44,861 bases of DNA from Candidatus Eiseniibacteriota bacterium (GTDB lineage: Bacteria > Eisenbacteria > RBG-16-71-46 > CAZEPH01), in the NCBI GenBank assembly GCA_044229145.1, contig JBGATO010000029.1:1-44861 (forward strand), in the 5' to 3' direction. This document shows, one piece after another, positions 34,568 through 43,004 of this stretch (its first letter is position 1; each line of letters opens with the position of its first letter). A program made the translations under genes and the position numbers. The notes under the pieces are model-generated. The model made no database searches. It saw only the letters and a program-made list of their open reading frames with translations, and was not told the DNA's origin.

Positions 34568-35588
34568 GCGCACCGCGGGCGAAGCGCGTGACGTCATGCT
34601 ACGGCGCTTCGCGGCTCGTACGCTGCGCGCACACGGTGCCGCCCTCGAGGAGATCGAGCACGGCTGCCTCCGGGTGACGCCGGGCCCGCTGGCCGCGCAG
34701 CTCGGACGCGCACCGATCGTCCTGGCATTCGACCGCACGGGCTTGGCGCGACACGAGGCCGCCCACATGGTGGCGACCGGCTCACCGTTACTCGGCACCC
34801 TGATCGCGATCGCGCGCCACGGCGGCACCCTGACGCGGTGGCGCTTCGACCCACGCACGCCGGCGCCGGCACGATTGCCGACCGGCGATGCCGTCGAGCC
34901 CGAGAACCGCCGCACATGGGTGCGCCTCTACCGGCTGCATATCGTCGCCGCGGTGCATGCAGTCGAACACGCGCAGAGTCTGGTCACCGTGGTGTGGGAT
35001 CCGCAGACGCACGCCCTCCTCGACGGCGCCGAATTGCCGCACGGCGACGCGACATTCTCCGCGACTCGCGGCCGCTCCGCCGCACCCGCCAACACCGGCA
35101 GCGAACTGCGTGTCGCGCTCGAGCACGCGCAGACCGTGATCGAGACGCGCCTGCGGAAGACGGTGAAGCGGCTGCACGCGAGTGCCGACGAACAGTTGGA
35201 TCGCCGTCTGGCCGCGCTGGCTGCGTACTACCGGGAATTACTCGCGGAAGAAGGGGACCGCAAGGGACGCGCGCGCACCTCCGGCGACGGGGAACGCGCC
35301 ACCCGCCTGAAGCTGGAGTGGGAGCGCAAGATCTCCACCGAACGCGAGCGTTTGGCCCCGCGCGGATCGTTGCGGCTGACGGCAGTCGAGGAACTGTGGA
35401 CGCCCCGTAGCCTGCTCCGGGTGGCCGACGACCCGGCCGGCCGGGTCGCGCTGTGGGATCACGCGGCCGGCGTGGCGCTCAAGGTGACCTGCCGGCGGTG
35501 CACCGTCCGGCACCTCCTGGTGCGCCGCGTCCCGCGGGGCGGCTTCGTATGCGCCCGCTGCGCGCGTCTGGAAGCCGGCGCGGACTGA
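34554..35588 (+). CDS. YqhG-like protein with C-terminal CxxC-x16-CxxC zinc finger
   Basis: Overlaps the helicase stop with a GGAGG RBS; LAFD...MVATGSPLL segment, helical region LAAYYRELLAE...LKLEWERKI, then CRRC...CARC. The family call rests on recalled motif resemblance and synteny with a YqhH-like helicase. Confidence 0.6.
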   Translation: MPARKRTAGEARDVMLRRFAARTLRAHGAALEEIEHGCLRVTPGPLAAQLGRAPIVLAFDRTGLARHEAAHMVATGSPLLGTLIAIARHGGTLTRWRFDPRTPAPARLPTGDAVEPENRRTWVRLYRLHIVAAVHAVEHAQSLVTVVWDPQTHALLDGAELPHGDATFSATRGRSAAPANTGSELRVALEHAQTVIETRLRKTVKRLHASADEQLDRRLAALAAYYRELLAEEGDRKGRARTSGDGERATRLKLEWERKISTERERLAPRGSLRLTAVEELWTPRSLLRVADDPAGRVALWDHAAGVALKVTCRRCTVRHLLVRRVPRGGFVCARCARLEAGAD

Positions 35589-35590
35589 GC

Positions 35591-35619
35591 TTTCCCTCGG
35601 ACGCCGGTTCCGCTACACT
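35591..35619 (+). promoter_or_regulatory. Putative promoter of the TPR gene
   Basis: TTTCCC-17 nt-TACACT. Confidence 0.4.
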
Positions 35620-35686
35620 GCTCTGTCCTTTGGCTGCGGCGCCCGGCGCCCGGCCGTCGTCCCGATGTCGTGAGGAGAAGTTGCGG

Positions 35687-36334
35687 ATGTCGAGTTACGC
35701 ACAGCGCACCATGGAGCCGGAAACACCAGGCTGGGCGGCGAACCTGGTCGACATGTACCAGGAGAAGCGCGCGCTCGTGTTGGGAGTGCTGGCGGCGGTC
35801 GTGTTGATCCCGGCCGGCACTATTTTCTACATGCACCAGCGCTCCGCAGCCGAGAGTGACGCCCAGGCCAAGCTGGCGCGGGCAGAGCAGGAGTTCTACA
35901 GCGGTAACGTCGCCGCCGCGACCACCTACTATCAGGACGTCGTGAGCGGCTACAGTGGCACCGTCAGCGCCGACCTGGCCCAGATCGGTCTCGGCCGTTC
36001 GGCTCTCATGCAGGGCAAGCCCGCCGACGCGCTCAAGGCGTTCGCGGCGGCAACCGGTTCACGGGACGAGCTCGTGTCCGCCGCCGCCAAGCGTGGCCAC
36101 GCCGCCGCCCTCGAGGACAGCGGCAAGCCGGCGGACGCCGCGAAGGAGTTCGACGCGCTGGCCAGCAGCCAGAAGGGCGATGCCGCTTCGGACGATCTGA
36201 TCGCCGCCGCGCGCGCATACATGGCCGCCAAGGACACCGCCGGCGCCAAGAAGGCTCTTCAGACGCTCATCGACATGTCGCCGGAGAGTTCGCGCAAGGT
36301 GGACGCGCTCCGCATGATGGCGGAGGTGCAGTAG
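35687..36334 (+). CDS. Membrane-anchored tetratricopeptide repeat protein (YfgM-like)
   Basis: Single N-terminal TM followed by Ala-rich TPR helices (YQDVVSGYSGT, LQTLIDMSPES); GAGGAG RBS. Confidence 0.75.
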   Translation: MSSYAQRTMEPETPGWAANLVDMYQEKRALVLGVLAAVVLIPAGTIFYMHQRSAAESDAQAKLARAEQEFYSGNVAAATTYYQDVVSGYSGTVSADLAQIGLGRSALMQGKPADALKAFAAATGSRDELVSAAAKRGHAAALEDSGKPADAAKEFDALASSQKGDAASDDLIAAARAYMAAKDTAGAKKALQTLIDMSPESSRKVDALRMMAEVQ

Positions 36335-36368
36335 GCAATCGCGGACTGTCACGCTCGCCGCACATACG

Positions 36369-36400
36369 CGCCGGAGGTCCCACGCACGGGACCTCCGGCG
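36369..36400 (+). terminator. 13-bp perfect hairpin after the TPR gene
   Basis: CGCCGGAGGTCCC-acgcac-GGGACCTCCGGCG followed by TCGTCGTCTCT (weak U-tract). Confidence 0.6.
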
Positions 36401-36509
36401 TCGTCGTCTCTGGCAGGGGGATCCGCGCCGGCATCCCACGGAGTCGCGGTGATATCATCGCGAACCAGAAGCAGACCCGCGTCCCGAGTTGTCCCCCGCG
36501 CTTTTCCAC

Positions 36510-36537
36510 AGTGCCGATAAGATGCATTATGTAAACC
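36510..36537 (+). other. dif: dif site (XerC/XerD chromosome dimer resolution site)
   Basis: AGTGCCGATAA-GATGCA-TTATGTAAACC has the 11-6-11 architecture, with 8/11 identity in each arm to E. coli dif (GGTGCGCATAA-TGTATA-TTATGTTAAAT). It is an AT-rich island in a long intergenic region. Confidence 0.85.
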
Positions 36538-36619
36538 TACGAATGGAACGGCAGGATGCCGGAAGCGTCACGCCCCTCCTGCGCAGTTCAACCCTGCGCC
36601 GGCGCGTGCGCTCGCCCCG

Positions 36620-36648
36620 TTGACATCCGGGCGACGCCGCCGCAGCAT
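36620..36648 (+). promoter_or_regulatory. Putative promoter downstream of dif
   Basis: Perfect TTGACA-17 nt-CAGCAT. Confidence 0.45.
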
Positions 36649-36718
36649 CCGCGCACCCCACGCCGAGCCAGTCCTCGGTCCCGTCTTTCGATCCACGCCG
36701 AACGTCAAGGAGGGTTCC

Positions 36719-37213
36719 GTGCGTCGTTCCGTGCACGTCGTCTGTGCGGTTGCGAGTCTCATGCTGTTGGTGTCGCCGGCCGTCTCACAGCCCGGTCATA
36801 AGGTCGTGCAGCGCACGCGGCCGGCCACCTGGAGTTCCACCACGATCGAGGCCGCCGCGACGCCGGAAAACCAGGCGGCGCTGCAGGACGGCCACATGGC
36901 GCAGGTCGAAGGCGAAGTGATCGACGTCAGCTGCTTCGTGCAACTCGGCAAGCGCGGCGCGGGCCACATCCCCTGCGGCACCAAGTGCATCCAGCACGGC
37001 GAGCCGATCGGCGTGGTGGATGCGCAAGGAACCGTGTATCTGCTCATGGCCGAACAGCACCACCCGCGCCGCGATGGCCAGGCCGACATCCGCGCCGCAT
37101 TTCTGCCGTCGCTCGGCAAGACGGTCACCGTCGAGGGCGCTCTCAGCGAGCGCGGCGGGACCAAAGTGCTGTTCGTTTCCGTCCCGGTCGACACTACGAG
37201 CGTTGGCAAGTAA
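36719..37213 (+). CDS. Hypothetical exported protein with C-x10-H-x2-C-x3-C motif
   Basis: AAGGAGG RBS and GTG start; signal peptide; VEGEVIDVSC...GH..CGTKCIQHGEP; GKTVTVEG strand reminiscent of an OB-like fold. Confidence 0.7.
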   Translation: MRRSVHVVCAVASLMLLVSPAVSQPGHKVVQRTRPATWSSTTIEAAATPENQAALQDGHMAQVEGEVIDVSCFVQLGKRGAGHIPCGTKCIQHGEPIGVVDAQGTVYLLMAEQHHPRRDGQADIRAAFLPSLGKTVTVEGALSERGGTKVLFVSVPVDTTSVGK

Positions 37214-37246
37214 CGCCCGGCGGCCGCTCCGCGAGCCGGAGCGCGC

Positions 37247-38374
37247 ATGACGTGGGATCGCGTGACCGCCGGCGTGCTGGCGGTCGCGATGATTGCCTGC
37301 ATCCTCTGGGATGCTTTCGAGGTGATCATTTTGCCGCGCCGGGTCACCAGTACCCTGCGGGTCACGCAGATCCTGCACCGCGCCATGTGGACGCCGTGGC
37401 GCGCCTTCGCGTGTCGCATCAAATCGGCGGCGCAACGCGATGCATTCTTAAGCATCTACGGCCCCATCAGTCTCATCGTCTTGCTGGCCCTGTGGGCCGC
37501 CGGCATCATCGTCTCGTTCGCCGTGGTGTTGTGGAGTCTGGGCGCGCCGATGAGCGATCCGCACGGCCCGATGACGTCGGCCTCCCTGGTGTACGCGAGC
37601 GGCGTGACCTTCTTCACGCTCGGCTACGGCGATGTCGTGCCCAATACCGCGCTGGCGCGGGCCATCGTGGTCGGCGAGGCCGGCCTGGGATTCGGCTTCT
37701 TGGCGATCGTGATCGGATATTTGCCGGTGATCTATCAGAGCTTCTCTCGCCGCGAAGTGGCGGTGTCGACGCTCGATGCGCGGGCCGGATCGCCGCCGCA
37801 CGCGGCGGAGCTGGTGCGGCGTTTGACCCGTGCCGAATCGCCGGAAGGCGTCCGCGATTTCCTGCGCCAGTGGGAGGCGTGGTCCGCCGAGCTTCTCGAG
37901 TCTCACCTCAGCTATCCGGTGCTCTGTTACTACCGCTCGCAACACGATAATCAGTCGTGGCTTGCGGCGCTCACCGCGATCCTGGATACCTGTGCGCTCG
38001 GGATCGTCGGCGTGCCGGGGCTGCCGGCGTGGCAATGTCGCCTGACCTTCGCAATGACACGACATGCCGTCGTGGATTTGGCCGATACCTTGAACGTGGA
38101 GCCGACCGTTGGGGCGCCTGACCGCCTGCCGGACGCGGAACGGGCACGCCTCTGGGACGCCGTGCAACCGGCGGCCGAGGGCGTGCCCGCGACGCGCGAC
38201 GACGCCTCGGCAGCGCTCGCGGCGCTGCGCGCGATGTACGAACCGTACGTGCACGCGTTGGCGTCGCACCTCGTGCTCGCACTGCCGCCATGGACGGGCG
38301 ATGTCTCCCCGGACGAGAACTGGCACGACGAGCGGGCGCCGCGGCCAAACCCGGCGTCGCCGTTCGTGGGATAG
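37247..38374 (+). CDS. Potassium channel family protein (Ion_trans_2 pore)
   Basis: TM-pore-TM with selectivity filter TFFTLGYGDVVP; C-terminal ESHLSYPVLCYYRS...SWLAAL domain. Confidence 0.88.
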   Translation: MTWDRVTAGVLAVAMIACILWDAFEVIILPRRVTSTLRVTQILHRAMWTPWRAFACRIKSAAQRDAFLSIYGPISLIVLLALWAAGIIVSFAVVLWSLGAPMSDPHGPMTSASLVYASGVTFFTLGYGDVVPNTALARAIVVGEAGLGFGFLAIVIGYLPVIYQSFSRREVAVSTLDARAGSPPHAAELVRRLTRAESPEGVRDFLRQWEAWSAELLESHLSYPVLCYYRSQHDNQSWLAALTAILDTCALGIVGVPGLPAWQCRLTFAMTRHAVVDLADTLNVEPTVGAPDRLPDAERARLWDAVQPAAEGVPATRDDASAALAALRAMYEPYVHALASHLVLALPPWTGDVSPDENWHDERAPRPNPASPFVG

Positions 38375-38542
38375 CGTGCCAATCGATTCGGGTGAGCCGA
38401 TCTGCTCCGTCCGCACGATTGTGCTCCCCGCCAGCGGGTCCATGCTGGTAGTGTCGGAATGATTCCCCGCCCCATTCGAGGATTGTTCACGTCGATGCCC
38501 AATCGTCCACTCCTCTCGTCTGACGCGCCGCCGTAGTGGTGG

Positions 38543-40825
38543 ATGCGCGCGTGGAGGTTGTTCTCGCCGTCGGAGCCCGAGTGGCGCGGCGCCGCCGGTG
38601 GCGCCGCCTGCGTCACGCTCGTCCTGTTGTTCTCCTTTGCCCACGAATTGACGGCGGGCGCGTGGACCGCTCTCACGATCGCGGTGGTCGTCAGTCTCGG
38701 CGTGGGATTCGGCGTGGCGTCCGGGCTGGGTATCGTTCTCGCGAACACCGTCGCCTCGCGGATCCCGCGGTTCGCGCTGGGCACCATCACCGGCTGCGTC
38801 ATCGTGCTGTCCACGCTGGTCTTCGGGCGGCGCAATCCCCAGGTGGTCAGCGTTCTCGTCCTCGGATCCCTGATCCCGACGATGGTGCTCGGCGCGGGCG
38901 TGCTGTCGCTGCTGGGACCGGGACCGCGCAGCCGCGGTTACCGCGTCCGGCGGATCGTCGGAGTCGTCTCGGTGGTCGTCGGGTTGGGCTCGTTGCTCGC
39001 GGGCATCACGTGGTATCTGTGGCCGGGGCCGCATGTCATGCAGCCGATCAACGCGGCGATGACCAGCGGCGCGCCGGTGGACAGCGTGAGTGCCGAGGAC
39101 CCGTCCGCGCCCGGACCCTACAAGGTGCGCATGATCACCTATGGCGCCGGCACCGATCGCTATCGTCCCGAGTATGGCGCGAAGGTCGGCCTGCGCACCC
39201 AGCCGGTGGACGGCAGCTTCCTGCTCCCGAGCTGGCAGGGCTTGACCGGCTGGCTGCGCTCGCAGTTCTGGGGATTCGGGCCGGACCGCCTGCCGATCAA
39301 CGGCCGCGTCTGGTATCCCGAGGGGCCAGGACCGTTCCCGCTGGTGCTGGTGGTACACGGCAACCACCACATGATGGACTTCTCGGATCCCGGCTACGAA
39401 TACCTCTGCGAACTGCTCGCGAGCCGCGGCATCATCGCCGCGTCGGTCGGTGAGAATTTCCTCAACATGAGTTGGACCGACATCCGCATGTTCGGGATCC
39501 GCGGTCTGGTGGACGAAGAAGCGGCGCGCGGCTGGATCCTGCTCAAGAATCTCGAAGAATTCCGACGCTGGAACGATTCGCCGAACACGCCCTTCACCGG
39601 CAAGGTCGATCTCGATCGCATCGGCTTGATCGGACACTCGCGTGGCGGCGAGGCGGCGGTGGTCGCCGCCGAACTCAATTGGCTCCCCTGCTATCCGGAA
39701 GACGCGCGGCATCCCTTCGACTTCGGCTTCCACATCCGGTCGATCGTCGCGATCGCGCCGTCCGACGGCATCTACACGCCGGCCGGGCACGATGCCGCGG
39801 TCGACAGTCTCGACTACATGACGATCCAAGGCGGCTACGACGGCGATGTCACGCCCTTCGCCGGCATCCGCCAGTACAACCGCATTCCGCTGTCGCACGA
39901 GCGCTTCCACTTCAAGACGGCGATCTACGTCGATCGCGCGAACCACGGGCAATTCAACTCGACGTGGGGACGCGCGGATCGCAGCGGGTTCCCCGACAAG
40001 GGACTGCTCAACTTGTCGTCGATCCTGCCGCAGGAAGCGCAGCAACAAATCGCCAAGGTGTACATCTCGGCGTTCCTCGAGAGTTCGTTGCGCGACGACA
40101 CACGCTATCTGCCATTGTTCCGCGACGCGCGCGCCGGTGCGCGCTGGCTGCCGAGCACCGTGTACCTCTCGCGCTACTCCGACACCAAGACGCGGACGAT
40201 CGCCAACTTCGAGGAGGATGCGAATCCGTTCACGGCGAGCGAAGACGGGGCCGCGTTGCGCGGCGTCGGACTGTCGGTGTGGCGTGAAGGACGCGTGGCG
40301 CTCAAGTACGGCGATGCCAACACGCACGCGGCGTATCTTGGATGGGACCATCTCCCCGGAGGCGGCACGCCGCGTTACGAAGTGTTGTTGCGCGACGCCT
40401 GGCGCGCGCCGCGGCTCGAGGATGCGGTGGTGTTCAGTCTCGCGGACATCCGCTTGTCCTTCGCGGGGACGCCGGCGAACACGCCGACCGCGCCGGCCGA
40501 ACGCGACCGCCCGGGAACGGGCGATCCGCTCGACCTCACGGTGGTGATCGAGGACCGGGACGGCCATCAGGCGCGCGTTCCGCTCGACACCTTCTCGCTG
40601 CTGCAACCGCAGCTCGAGTACTATCCGCTCAAGGCGCGGATGCTCAAGTCGAGCGACGGCCTGCCCCACGAACCGACGTTCCAGCGCTTCGAATTCCCGC
40701 TGCGGCAGTTCACCGAGGCGAATCCCGCGCTCGATATCTCACGGCTGTCGCGCATCGCCTTGGAATTCGATCGGTCGCCGAGCGGCGTGCTCGAGATCGA
40801 CAACATCGGCATTCGCGAGCCGTAG
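38543..40825 (+). CDS. Membrane-anchored alpha/beta hydrolase
   Basis: About five N-terminal TMs; FPLVLVVHGNH; nucleophile elbow GLIGHSRGG; DGDV; ANHGQFN. Confidence 0.82.
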   Translation: MRAWRLFSPSEPEWRGAAGGAACVTLVLLFSFAHELTAGAWTALTIAVVVSLGVGFGVASGLGIVLANTVASRIPRFALGTITGCVIVLSTLVFGRRNPQVVSVLVLGSLIPTMVLGAGVLSLLGPGPRSRGYRVRRIVGVVSVVVGLGSLLAGITWYLWPGPHVMQPINAAMTSGAPVDSVSAEDPSAPGPYKVRMITYGAGTDRYRPEYGAKVGLRTQPVDGSFLLPSWQGLTGWLRSQFWGFGPDRLPINGRVWYPEGPGPFPLVLVVHGNHHMMDFSDPGYEYLCELLASRGIIAASVGENFLNMSWTDIRMFGIRGLVDEEAARGWILLKNLEEFRRWNDSPNTPFTGKVDLDRIGLIGHSRGGEAAVVAAELNWLPCYPEDARHPFDFGFHIRSIVAIAPSDGIYTPAGHDAAVDSLDYMTIQGGYDGDVTPFAGIRQYNRIPLSHERFHFKTAIYVDRANHGQFNSTWGRADRSGFPDKGLLNLSSILPQEAQQQIAKVYISAFLESSLRDDTRYLPLFRDARAGARWLPSTVYLSRYSDTKTRTIANFEEDANPFTASEDGAALRGVGLSVWREGRVALKYGDANTHAAYLGWDHLPGGGTPRYEVLLRDAWRAPRLEDAVVFSLADIRLSFAGTPANTPTAPAERDRPGTGDPLDLTVVIEDRDGHQARVPLDTFSLLQPQLEYYPLKARMLKSSDGLPHEPTFQRFEFPLRQFTEANPALDISRLSRIALEFDRSPSGVLEIDNIGIREP

Positions 40826-40881
40826 CAGCGACAACTCTAGCCGCCGCAGTCTCTTGGGCGGCACGGTTAAAGCGTGACGCG

Positions 40882-40913
40882 AAAGACGCCGCCCCCGCGC
40901 GGGAGCGGCGTCT
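40882..40913 (-). terminator. Hairpin between the convergent hydrolase and transketolase genes
   Basis: On the - strand AGACGCCGCTCCC-GCGC-GGGGGCGGCGTCT followed by TT (one G-U pair). May act in both directions. Confidence 0.6.
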
Positions 40914-40949
40914 CGTTGTTTCCGGCGACCGAGGCGCGGCTCCCCGCGG

Positions 40950-41906
40950 CTACGTCACCCCCGCCTGCTTGCGCGCCAGGACACGGTGCGCCGCCGCGAT
41001 GATCTCCTTCGACGTGAGGCCGAACGCCTCCATCAACTCGCGCGGCTTGCCGCTCTGGCCAAAGCGATCCATGGTCGCCACGAACTCGACCGGCGCCGGG
41101 TAGTGGCGCACCAAGGACTCGGCCACCGCACCGGCGAGTCCGCCGTGCACTTGGTGCTCCTCGGCGGTGACCAGCGCGCCAGTCTCGCGCGCGGCCTTCT
41201 CGAGCAGCGCGTGGTCGAGCGGCTTGAGGGTGGCCATGTTGATGACGCGGGCATCGATGCCCTCGGCCGCGAGCGCGGTCGCGGCGTCGAGCGCCTCGGC
41301 GACCATGATGCCGCAGGCGACGAGCGTCACATCGCCGCCGTCGCGCATCACGAGCCCCTTACCGATCTCGAACGGCGTCGACTCGTCCGTCACCACCGGG
41401 ACGTCTTCGCGGCCGAAGCGGATGTAGGCCGGGCCCGCGAGATCGTGCGCGGCGATGGTCGCCTTCTTGGTCTCCCAGTAGTCGGCCGGGACGATGAGCG
41501 TCATGTTGGGCAGCGCCCGCATGTACGCCATCTCCTCCATGACCTGGTGCGTAGCGCCGTCCTGCCCGACGCTGATGCCGCCGTGCGCGCCGCCGATCCG
41601 CACCGGCAAGTTCGAGTAGCACACCGTGACGCGGATCTGGTCCGCCGCACGGAATGCGGCGAACGCCCCGTAGGTCGCGAGATACGGAATCTTGCCGGCG
41701 GCCGCGAGTCCAGCCGCGATGCACATCATGTTCTGCTCGGCGATGCCGCACTGGAAGAAGCGATCGGGGAATTCGTGCGCGAAGAAGTGCACCATCGTCG
41801 ACTCGGACAAGTCGCCCACCAGCACCACGGTGCGCGGGTCGCGCTTGCCCAGTTCCACCAGGGCGTGGCCCCAGCCTTCACGAGTCTTGCGCATCGGCCA
41901 GGCCAT
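40950..41906 (-). CDS. Transketolase C-terminal (pyrimidine-binding) subunit
   Basis: FFQCGIAEQNM, DQIR, GQDGATHQ, GPAYIRFGR, TAEEHQVHGGL, DRFGQSG. Confidence 0.94.
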   Translation of the reverse strand: MAWPMRKTREGWGHALVELGKRDPRTVVLVGDLSESTMVHFFAHEFPDRFFQCGIAEQNMMCIAAGLAAAGKIPYLATYGAFAAFRAADQIRVTVCYSNLPVRIGGAHGGISVGQDGATHQVMEEMAYMRALPNMTLIVPADYWETKKATIAAHDLAGPAYIRFGREDVPVVTDESTPFEIGKGLVMRDGGDVTLVACGIMVAEALDAATALAAEGIDARVINMATLKPLDHALLEKAARETGALVTAEEHQVHGGLAGAVAESLVRHYPAPVEFVATMDRFGQSGKPRELMEAFGLTSKEIIAAAHRVLARKQAGVT

Positions 41907-41908
41907 CG

Positions 41909-42877
41909 TTATCGCCCTCCCCCGTTCGTCGTCCCGTACACGCCGTGCACCCACTCCGGCGTGGTCGCCGGGCCGTCCGCCGCGAGCCGCGCCGTCCACT
42001 CGGCGAACGAGGTGCCGAGTTCGACGAGCGCGCGCTCGGCCTCGTCCGGCTTCGGCGGCTTGCCGTGCCAGGTGTAGTCGCCGGCCATGAACGAGACGCC
42101 TTGGCCCATCACGGTGTGCGCGAGGATGACGGTCGGCTTGCCCTTGGTGGCGCGCGCTTCGTCGAACGCCGCGAGGATCTGGCCGAAGTCGTGTCCGTCG
42201 ATCTCGATGACGTGGAAGCGGAAGGCGCGGTATTTGTCGGCGAGCGGCGCGATGCCCATGATGTCCTCGACATCGCCGTCGATCTGCTTCTCGTTGTAGT
42301 CGACGAAGGCGCAGAGGTTGTCGAGCTTGTAATGGCCGGCGCTCATCGCCGCTTCCCACACCTGGCCTTCCTGCTGCTCGCCGTCGCCCATCTGCACGTA
42401 GACGCGCTGGTCGCTGCCATCGAGCTTGAAGGCGAGCGCCATGCCGACACCGACCGACAAGCCCTGGCCGAGCGAGCCGCTCGACACGTCGATGCCGGGC
42501 GTGTCGCTGTGCGCCGGGTGACCTTGCAGGTGGCCGGTCCACTGACGGAAATGCAGCAGGTCCGCCTTCGGCCAGTAACCCGCTTCCGCCATCACCGAGT
42601 AGATCACCGGCGTGACGTGTCCGATCGACCACATGAAACGGTCACGGTCGAGCCACTGCGGGTTCTTCGGGTCGTAGACGAGTTCGTGGAAGAACAGCGC
42701 GGTGGCGTAGTCGGCGCACGACAGCGGGCCGCCGGTGTGGCCGCTCTTCGCCGTCGTGTTCATCGTGATGATGTCGCGGCGCACGTTGAGCGCCATGGTC
42801 GCCAATTCGTCGACCGAGAAACGGAAGGGATTCACGCGGGGCCGCATGGACGCGGCGGTCGCGGAGGCATCGGGCAC
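41909..42877 (-). CDS. Transketolase N-terminal (ThDP-binding) subunit
   Basis: SGHTGGPLS, DRDRF, LQGHP, SSGSLGQGLS, GDGEQQEGQVWEA, DGHD, WHGKPP. GTG start with an AAGGAG RBS. Confidence 0.94.
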   Translation of the reverse strand: MPDASATAASMRPRVNPFRFSVDELATMALNVRRDIITMNTTAKSGHTGGPLSCADYATALFFHELVYDPKNPQWLDRDRFMWSIGHVTPVIYSVMAEAGYWPKADLLHFRQWTGHLQGHPAHSDTPGIDVSSGSLGQGLSVGVGMALAFKLDGSDQRVYVQMGDGEQQEGQVWEAAMSAGHYKLDNLCAFVDYNEKQIDGDVEDIMGIAPLADKYRAFRFHVIEIDGHDFGQILAAFDEARATKGKPTVILAHTVMGQGVSFMAGDYTWHGKPPKPDEAERALVELGTSFAEWTARLAADGPATTPEWVHGVYGTTNGGGR

Positions 42878-42960
42878 GGGACGGCTCCTTCGTGTGTCAC
42901 GGAAGGGGTGGCACGCGACGGCGGCACGGCACCGGGGCGCGCGGAGAAAACCACGGAGGC

Positions 42961-42989
42961 AGGATAGTCGGTGCTCTACGGAGTGGCAA
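42961..42989 (-). promoter_or_regulatory. Putative transketolase promoter
   Basis: On the - strand: TTGCCA-17 nt-TATCCT. Confidence 0.5.
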
Positions 42990-43004
42990 CGGCCGATCGC
43001 GGGA

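Noticed and set aside
37448..40669. 1073-aa - strand ORF, and similar long antisense ORFs such as 7617-10268, 12620-15025, 4605-6572 and 6163-7974
   Set aside because: They are Arg/Ala-rich, lack recognisable motifs and lie opposite clear genes. Such shadow ORFs are expected from high-GC codon bias.
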